Of a stretch of 64,000 bases of DNA, positions 58,238-64,000 are shown one piece after another (positions within the stretch are counted from its first letter, which is position 1; every line of letters begins with the position of its first letter). A program made the translations under genes and the position numbers. A model generated the notes under the pieces. The model was not told the DNA's origin. It searched no databases and worked only from the letters and a program-made list of their open reading frames with translations. The stretch is from assembly GCA_963782525.1 (NCBI GenBank), contig CAWAKC010000007.1:256001-320000 (forward strand), read 5' to 3'. This DNA comes from Candidatus Bathyarchaeota archaeon. Its GTDB lineage: Archaea; Thermoproteota; Bathyarchaeia; Bathyarchaeales; Bathycorpusculaceae.

Positions 58238-58627
58238 ATGGCGAAGTTTAAGGTAATAGTTTCCGATCCCCAAGCTGGAACATCCAAAGTAGTAGAGCTC
58301 GAAGAATCACGCGCAGCCCCATTCATCGGCAGAAAACTAGGAGAAACATTAGACGGTTCAGTAGTAGATTTACCTGCTCATACAATTCAAATTTTAGGTG
58401 GATCTGACAAAGACGGCGTCCCAATGAGGGGAAACGTCCATGGCGGAATCCGAAGAAGAGTAGTGCTTAGCGGCGGAGCAGGATTTAAGGCTAAGAAAAG
58501 CGGTGAGAGAAAACGCAAAACTGTTCGTGGAGACATAATTACCGATGAAATTGTTCAGATTAATCTAAAGATTGTTGAAAGACCAGCAAAGCCAGTTGAA
58601 GCCAAGCCAGAACAAGCTGCGAAATAA
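58238..58627 (+). CDS. rps6e: 30S ribosomal protein S6e
   Basis: FKVIVSDP..G, IG.K.GE, GGSDKDG.PM, GERKRKTVRG..I....VQIN. Confidence 0.96.
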   Translation: MAKFKVIVSDPQAGTSKVVELEESRAAPFIGRKLGETLDGSVVDLPAHTIQILGGSDKDGVPMRGNVHGGIRRRVVLSGGAGFKAKKSGERKRKTVRGDIITDEIVQINLKIVERPAKPVEAKPEQAAK

Positions 58628-58722
58628 TCGCAATTTTGTTTTTATGCATGCTTAAACCTTATAAACTGCATTAATTAATTCATCCTTATTCGTCAGTATT
58701 TATTGGAAAGAAGAAGAATCCT

Positions 58723-59970
58723 ATGAGTAACACTAGTAAAGCCTTGCCTAAGCAGCCAGAAGTCAACATTGGCACAATCGGACATGTAGACCACGGAAAA
58801 ACAACGTTGGTTCAATCGTTAACTGGAACTTGGGCATCACGCCACAGTGAAGAACTCAAACGGGGCATCACCATAAAACTCGGCTACGCCGACATGCCCA
58901 TCTACAAATGCCCCAAATGTGAACCGCCAAAAAACTTCACGATTAACCCTTATTGTGAAAACTGCAATTCTGAAGCAGAATTTGTGCGCGCCATTAGCTT
59001 TGTCGATGCACCCGGTCATGAAGCTTTGATGGCAACTATGCTCTCAGGCGCAGCCATCATGGACGGCGCAATCTTAGTCATTGCAGCGGATGAGCCGTGT
59101 CCTCAACCGCAGACACGCGAGCACCTTGCAGCCGCAGAAGTCAGCGGCATAAAAAACCTAATCATCGTTCAGAACAAAATCGACATCGTCGACGAGAAGA
59201 GGGCGATTGAAAGCTACAAAGAAATCAAAGCTTTCGTCAAGGGAACAGTAGCAGAAAATGCTCCCATCATACCAATCTCAGCGCAACGCGGCATAAACAT
59301 TGACGTACTCTTAACCGCCATTCAAACTATCATCCCTACACCCAAGAGGGATGAAACCAAGCCCCCAATGATGTTCATCATACGCTCCTTCGACATCAAC
59401 AAGCCCGGAACAACCCTCGAAGGCTTGGAAGGCGGCATCATCGGAGGAACCATCGCACAAGGCAAATTTGCTGTCGGCGAAGAAATCGAAATCCGACCAG
59501 GCGTCATGGCTGAGCGAGAAGGCAAAACAGTCTACGACCCCCTAATCAGCGAAATAATCAGCCTCCAAGCAGGCAACGAAAACGTTAAGGAAGCCACATG
59601 CGGCGGCTTAGTCGGGGTAGGAACATGCCTTGATCCTTCATATTCAAAAGCAGACGGGTTAACAGGCAGCATCGCAGGAAAAATTGGTCAACTACCACCA
59701 ACCCTAACTGAACTCACATTGGAAACGCATGTCTTGGAACGGGTGGTTGGAACTAAGGAGCTTCAGAAAGTCGAGAAAATCAACCCAGACGAAGCCCTAT
59801 TGCTCCACGTTGGCTCCGCCGTGAACGTTGGCAAAGTCATCTCCATCAAACAAAACGTGATTAAAGTAAAGTTGACAAGGCCGATTTGTGCGTTGCCAGG
59901 TTCAAGAGTTGCCATCAGTAGAAAAATTACTGCAAGGTGGAGATTAATCGGTTACGGACTCGTAAAATAG
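58723..59970 (+). CDS. eif2g: translation initiation factor aIF2 gamma subunit
   Basis: QPEVNIG..GHVDHGKTT, HSEELKRGITIKLGY, DAPGHE, QNKID, RSFDINKPG, RWRLIGYG. Confidence 0.97.
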   Translation: MSNTSKALPKQPEVNIGTIGHVDHGKTTLVQSLTGTWASRHSEELKRGITIKLGYADMPIYKCPKCEPPKNFTINPYCENCNSEAEFVRAISFVDAPGHEALMATMLSGAAIMDGAILVIAADEPCPQPQTREHLAAAEVSGIKNLIIVQNKIDIVDEKRAIESYKEIKAFVKGTVAENAPIIPISAQRGINIDVLLTAIQTIIPTPKRDETKPPMMFIIRSFDINKPGTTLEGLEGGIIGGTIAQGKFAVGEEIEIRPGVMAEREGKTVYDPLISEIISLQAGNENVKEATCGGLVGVGTCLDPSYSKADGLTGSIAGKIGQLPPTLTELTLETHVLERVVGTKELQKVEKINPDEALLLHVGSAVNVGKVISIKQNVIKVKLTRPICALPGSRVAISRKITARWRLIGYGLVK

Positions 59971-59973
59971 AAC

Positions 59974-60414
59974 CTAATCTTTTACTAATTTTTGTTTAAC
60001 TAGAAAATCATGTGCTTTCTGTAGCACATCTTTGGCGTTTTTGAAGTTTAATTTTTCCATGGCACGTTTATAATCCAGCCAGATGTATCCGATGTGCTCG
60101 AAGGATATCTCGACTTTTTCTGTGTGGGACTCCATAACGAAGAATACAACTTCTTTATGGACCGTTAAGCCTTGTCTTCGGTAGAAGTAAGCGATGGTTT
60201 CTTTGAAGCCTTCGATGAATTGGGCATCGGTTATGCCTGTTTCTTCCTGTAATTCGCGCAGGACAGTTTCTTTTTCGTTCTCGCCGGGTTCAACGTTGCC
60301 CTTGACGAAATCCCAGTGGCCTGCTGCATAATTTAAGAGAAGATACTTTGTCTGTTCTTCTTTGTTTAGGTATATGACAGCGCCACATGATTTCTCCCGA
60401 ATCACTACATTCAC
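59974..60414 (-). CDS. Nudix hydrolase (asymmetrical Ap4A hydrolase-like)
   Basis: SCGAV, YLLL, HWDFVKG..E.GE......RELQEETGI, S.EH. Confidence 0.92.
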   Translation of the reverse strand: MNVVIREKSCGAVIYLNKEEQTKYLLLNYAAGHWDFVKGNVEPGENEKETVLRELQEETGITDAQFIEGFKETIAYFYRRQGLTVHKEVVFFVMESHTEKVEISFEHIGYIWLDYKRAMEKLNFKNAKDVLQKAHDFLVKQKLVKD

Positions 60415-60531
60415 CTGAATGAGTTCAAATCACTTATTCAATTATTTAAAGTAATAGCAACTTTACGCTGACAACGGCAAAACAAAATGTTTTAAGCCAG
60501 CAGAATTAAACGTTAAACAACCAGGAGCCAT

Positions 60532-60966
60532 TTGCAAGTGTCGGCTTCCCCGCCAAAAAAAAACCAATCCCTAAAAGTTATTTTAGATTCAAACGCCCTG
60601 TTCGTTCCGCTGGAGCTAAAGATTGACATTTTTGAAGAGGTAAAGCGACTTCTAAACAGGAATGTAGAATTTATACTGCTCTCAACGGTTAAACGGGAAC
60701 TTGAGTTGCTTTCAGCTAAAGATTCACCTAAGACTAGACGCGAAGCCTTTTTTGCGTTGAAGTTAGCCGAAAAATGCAAGTACGTACCAGTCGAAGATGA
60801 TGAAAAATTATCCACAGACGACGCCATCGTTAAGGTGGCTAAGAACTGGAACTCGCCAGTCTTTACGAACGATAGACAACTAAAGAATAAGCTAAGAGAT
60901 ATAAGTGTCCCAGTGATTTATGTGAGACAAAAATCGCGTCTAGACATTGACGGGATGATATCGTAG
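60532..60966 (+). CDS. PIN-domain protein (Fcf1/Utp24-like)
   Basis: VILDSNAL, V.REL, TDDAIV, TNDRQL, PVIYVR. Confidence 0.9.
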   Translation: MQVSASPPKKNQSLKVILDSNALFVPLELKIDIFEEVKRLLNRNVEFILLSTVKRELELLSAKDSPKTRREAFFALKLAEKCKYVPVEDDEKLSTDDAIVKVAKNWNSPVFTNDRQLKNKLRDISVPVIYVRQKSRLDIDGMIS

Positions 60967-61554
60967 ATGTTTAAACTAATTACTCTTCAAGATACTATTC
61001 GCATTCCGCCCGAGACCTTCGGCAAGCCACTTGAAAAAGTCGGTCGCGAACAAGTTAAACAGAAGTACGAAGGAATCGTGGATGAAGAATTAGGCTATGT
61101 TATAGCAGTTACAGGTATAGAAGTTAGTCCCATCGGAAAAATCATACCTGGCGACGGCGCAACATTCCACAAAGTAACCTTCTCACTATTAGCATTCTAC
61201 CCAATTATTCAGGAAGTCGTCGAGGGAGACGTCGTTGAAATCGCTGATTTCGGCGCGTTCGTCCGCATCGGACCAGTCGACGCCCTGCTCCATGTTTCAC
61301 AACTCATGGACGACTACATCTCCTACGATGAAAAGCAAGGTGTTCTCTTAGGAAAAGAAAGCAAACGCAAACTAACCACAGGCGACCAAGTTCGCGTCAG
61401 AATAACCGCGGTCTCATTAGGCAGGATTGGCAGTTCAGGCAAAATCGGTGTCACGGCAAGACAACCGTTCCTAGGCAAACTCGATTGGCTAAAGATGGAT
61501 CAAAACATAGGAACCGAGAAGAAGCCCGCAGAAAACGCGGAGAAAGCAGCTTAG
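60967..61554 (+). CDS. rpoE1: DNA-directed RNA polymerase subunit E' (Rpo7)
   Basis: D.IRIPP..FG, GKIIPGDGA, FGAFVRIGP.DALLHVSQ, T.RQPFLGK. Confidence 0.97.
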   Translation: MFKLITLQDTIRIPPETFGKPLEKVGREQVKQKYEGIVDEELGYVIAVTGIEVSPIGKIIPGDGATFHKVTFSLLAFYPIIQEVVEGDVVEIADFGAFVRIGPVDALLHVSQLMDDYISYDEKQGVLLGKESKRKLTTGDQVRVRITAVSLGRIGSSGKIGVTARQPFLGKLDWLKMDQNIGTEKKPAENAEKAA

Positions 61555-61565
61555 AGGTATTTTGA

Positions 61566-61751
61566 ATGAGTGAAAAAGCATGTACAAGCTGCCACTACAT
61601 AACAAAAGATAACATTTGCTCAAGATGCAAATCAGGCAATTTTAGTGAAGATTTCAGCGGTTTAGTGGTAATGTTTGACCCGGAAAACTCTGCAATCGCC
61701 AAAGCTATGAACATCAAAGAAAAAGGCAGATACGCTCTAAAAGTCCGCTAA
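61566..61751 (+). CDS. spt4: transcription elongation factor Spt4 (RpoE'')
   Basis: KACTSCH.I.....C..C....S.DF.G.....DPE.S.IAK...I...G.YALKVR. Confidence 0.95.
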   Translation: MSEKACTSCHYITKDNICSRCKSGNFSEDFSGLVVMFDPENSAIAKAMNIKEKGRYALKVR

Positions 61752-61812
61752 GAGTGGCGGTTTTGCGGTAGTTTCTTAACCTACCGAGCAATCATTTTTG
61801 CAGGTTCTAACG

Positions 61813-62343
61813 ATGAAAATAGAGTACATCATAACTCCTGAGTTACGGGTCAAGTTGAAGGAACCTTTCGGCAGCTTGATTCAAGGCACCGTTGAAGAGA
61901 CGATGGCTAAACTGGAAAGCCTCATTGAAAAAGAGAAGCCGCCGATGATTATCTCTGTTGGCGATGTAGTTTCGAAGAACCTGCACCAATACAAGTTACA
62001 CCCACAACTCACCGTTATCGACAATATTTCTCTACGTAACCAGAAAACAGTGCCGCCTGATGCTCACGGTGAAGAAAGCCTTAACGTAAAAAATCCTCAG
62101 GGGACAATAACAGAAGAGTCATCAGCGGCAATTCAAAGAGTCTTAGCTAAAGGCGTGCATACTCACATCGTTGTAGATGGTGAGGAAGATCTGTTAACAC
62201 TCATAGCAGTTTTGTATGCTCCAGAAAACAGTTTTGTGATCTATGGCCAACCGCATTCAGGCGTTGTAGTCGTTAAAGTCACCGGCCAGAAAAAAGGTCA
62301 GGTACAAGAATTCTTAAATGCTATGAAAGTTTCGAAAAGCTAA
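61813..62343 (+). CDS. GTP-dependent dephospho-CoA kinase (DUF359)
   Basis: LR..LKEPFG, ISVGDVV, NPQGTIT, V.GEEDLL, YGQP..G.V. Confidence 0.9.
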   Translation: MKIEYIITPELRVKLKEPFGSLIQGTVEETMAKLESLIEKEKPPMIISVGDVVSKNLHQYKLHPQLTVIDNISLRNQKTVPPDAHGEESLNVKNPQGTITEESSAAIQRVLAKGVHTHIVVDGEEDLLTLIAVLYAPENSFVIYGQPHSGVVVVKVTGQKKGQVQEFLNAMKVSKS

Positions 62344-62386
62344 ATAAGAAGTGTTCTGTATGATTTTACGCCTTAAGTGAACATTA

Positions 62387-62695
62387 ATGCAAGTCAAAAT
62401 AGATTCAACCAAGAACAACGCGCTTCTAAAACGGAAAGAAGTAGGTTTCACAATCTTTTCTGGTCCAAAAGAGAAAACTCCAAAACGGCTAGATGTAAAG
62501 AAAGCCGTTGCCGCTGAAATGCAATTGGGCGACGATGTAGTTTTCATTAAAAGAATGCGCACCAAAACAGGAACGAGCATAACCGTTGGAGTTGCAAACG
62601 TTTACCAGTCTGTTAATCAAGCAAATATTGTTGAGCCTGAATACATCAGGAAACGTAACAGTCCACCCAAACCCAAAGAAGAGGCGCCAGCATAA
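62387..62695 (+). CDS. rps24e: 30S ribosomal protein S24e
   Basis: N.LL.RKEV, TP.R..V, T..G.....G.A.VY, EPEYI..RN. Confidence 0.92.
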   Translation: MQVKIDSTKNNALLKRKEVGFTIFSGPKEKTPKRLDVKKAVAAEMQLGDDVVFIKRMRTKTGTSITVGVANVYQSVNQANIVEPEYIRKRNSPPKPKEEAPA

Positions 62696-62967
62696 TGCCA
62701 GCAGCTAAACCAGCACCCAAAAAAGAAGAAGCAAAACCAGCGGCAGCAGAAGCTGCACCAGCAACAAAATCAGCAAAGCCAGAGAAGAAACGCGAGAAAA
62801 AACACAAAGAAGAGAAGGGCGTCCATGCAATGTACAAGGCTGAAGGCGAAAAAATTTCCAGGGCACGCCCTACATGCGAGCGGTGTGGACCGGGCTACTT
62901 CATGGGAGACCACCATGATAGGTTCACTTGTGGGCACTGCGGCTTTACACGTTACAAGCCAAAATAA
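62695..62967 (+). CDS. rps27ae: 30S ribosomal protein S27ae with Ala/Lys/Pro-rich N-terminal extension
   Basis: Y......I.R....CERCGPGYFM.DH.DR..CG.CGFT. Confidence 0.93.
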   Translation: MPAAKPAPKKEEAKPAAAEAAPATKSAKPEKKREKKHKEEKGVHAMYKAEGEKISRARPTCERCGPGYFMGDHHDRFTCGHCGFTRYKPK

Positions 62968-63019
62968 ATAGTAAGCAGTTTTAAATCTCCCAATCGCACT
63001 ATTTCTTTTTTGACCTACC

Positions 63020-63448
63020 ATGCTTAGAGTAAACGTAGTTATTACCAGTATTTCGGCAGAACGCTTCTGGGACATTCGAAAACCCATCCCCCCCATTCAA
63101 ATTAGCACTAACATTAACGTCGTGGGCATGGAAAAGAAGCAGGATGAATCTTTGGAAGTACCCTTTGTTTTATCGATTGGTTACAACCCATCAATCGCCC
63201 AAATGAGCCTCAAAGGAAACGCTTACGTTAACGGAGAAAAAAGTGAAGTTGACAAAGTTCTCAAGGATTACGAACAGAAGAAGCCGCCAGCCCAAATAAT
63301 AATCCAGTCAATATCAAACGTTGTCTTTGTCGAATCAGTTATAATCTCTAGGACCCTGAACATTCCGCCGGCGATTCCGTTGCCACAGATTCCTGAAGCA
63401 GGAAAACCTGTAAGCACCAAGCCCGAGGGACGAGACTACAGCGCCTAA
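63020..63448 (+). CDS. conserved archaeal hypothetical protein (SecB-like fold suspected)
   Basis: Alternating beta strands, Y.P....I.L.G, and a C-terminal helix followed by LNIPPAIPLP. Confidence 0.7.
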   Translation: MLRVNVVITSISAERFWDIRKPIPPIQISTNINVVGMEKKQDESLEVPFVLSIGYNPSIAQMSLKGNAYVNGEKSEVDKVLKDYEQKKPPAQIIIQSISNVVFVESVIISRTLNIPPAIPLPQIPEAGKPVSTKPEGRDYSA

Positions 63449-63999
63449 AGGAACCCCTTAAACTTACGTGCCACAGCATCCGCCACCTTTAGCTCAACAG
63501 GGAAACTAAAGTTTCGGTGGCTCCAACGATATTTTTCAATCCTATTCATAATGCCATAAGCAAACTTGTATGCTACGTCACGTTCATTGATTCTTGATTG
63601 AGGATAGAATGCTAAGCGCGTAACTGCTGAGATCGTGTGTAGTTTTTCGATTTGCACCTTGCTATGCCATGGTGGATCAAAATGGAAGACTTGTACGCTT
63701 CCCCATTCTTCGAGCGTTTGCGGCGGCGTAAACTCCGACGGCAAATACTTCATTACCGTGCTTGGGAAGGGTGTGTAGACGAATATACCGTAGTGCTGAG
63801 TTTTAGGGTTTACCTTTCGCATCCTATCCATTAAATCGAAGGTTTTCGCTAAGTCCTCATCCGTTTCACCCGGCAGTCCGCTCATCCAGGATACATAGGG
63901 CTCGATGGATGGCGCCCAACGCTGTAGGTTCGCAACCGACTGCAACATTTCATCCGCCGTAACATCCTTACAGATGAGTTGCTGGAGACGATCTGAACC
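63445..63999 (-). CDS. radical SAM protein (probably B12-binding class), C-terminal part, truncated by window end
   Basis: GSDRL...I.K, GLPGET.ED...T, YTPFP.T. The frame is open to the window edge. Confidence 0.8.
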   Translation of the reverse strand, partial: GSDRLQQLICKDVTADEMLQSVANLQRWAPSIEPYVSWMSGLPGETDEDLAKTFDLMDRMRKVNPKTQHYGIFVYTPFPSTVMKYLPSEFTPPQTLEEWGSVQVFHFDPPWHSKVQIEKLHTISAVTRLAFYPQSRINERDVAYKFAYGIMNRIEKYRWSHRNFSFPVELKVADAVARKFKGFL

Positions 64000-64000
64000 T

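Overview
This is an archaeal chromosome segment, most likely Bathyarchaeia (inferred from a TACK-type ribosomal and replication gene set, Fae-Hps, F420 genes and arrays of surface proteins ending in LLVYFKK). Bases 1-7.9 kb form an AT-rich accessory island of signal-peptide and C-terminally anchored surface-protein genes. Their junctions carry about 8 copies of a recurring dyad site (TTAGTCAA-N5/6-TTGACAAA-like), which is either a recombination site or a BRE-adjacent operator. The rest is mostly core genome: an F420/C1 and peptide-ligase cluster (FrhB-like, MetF-like, cofE, GCS2, RLAN, RimK), two deoxyhypusine synthases, argS, tRNA-Leu(GAG) with a decayed att-like copy, cysK/cysE, guaA, a nucleotide-sugar operon, tRNA modification genes, RFC, GINS-MCM, PCNA-priL, ribosomal and translation operons, and an HTH-Fae-Hps fusion. 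The main anomalies are the dyad-site array, an 18-codon mini-ORF replacing aIF2-alpha between rps27e and nop10, a DNA-binding HTH fused to Fae-Hps, a catalytically degenerate UDP-sugar dehydrogenase, and at least six disrupted accessory genes. All assignments come from reading motifs by eye. No database searches were run.
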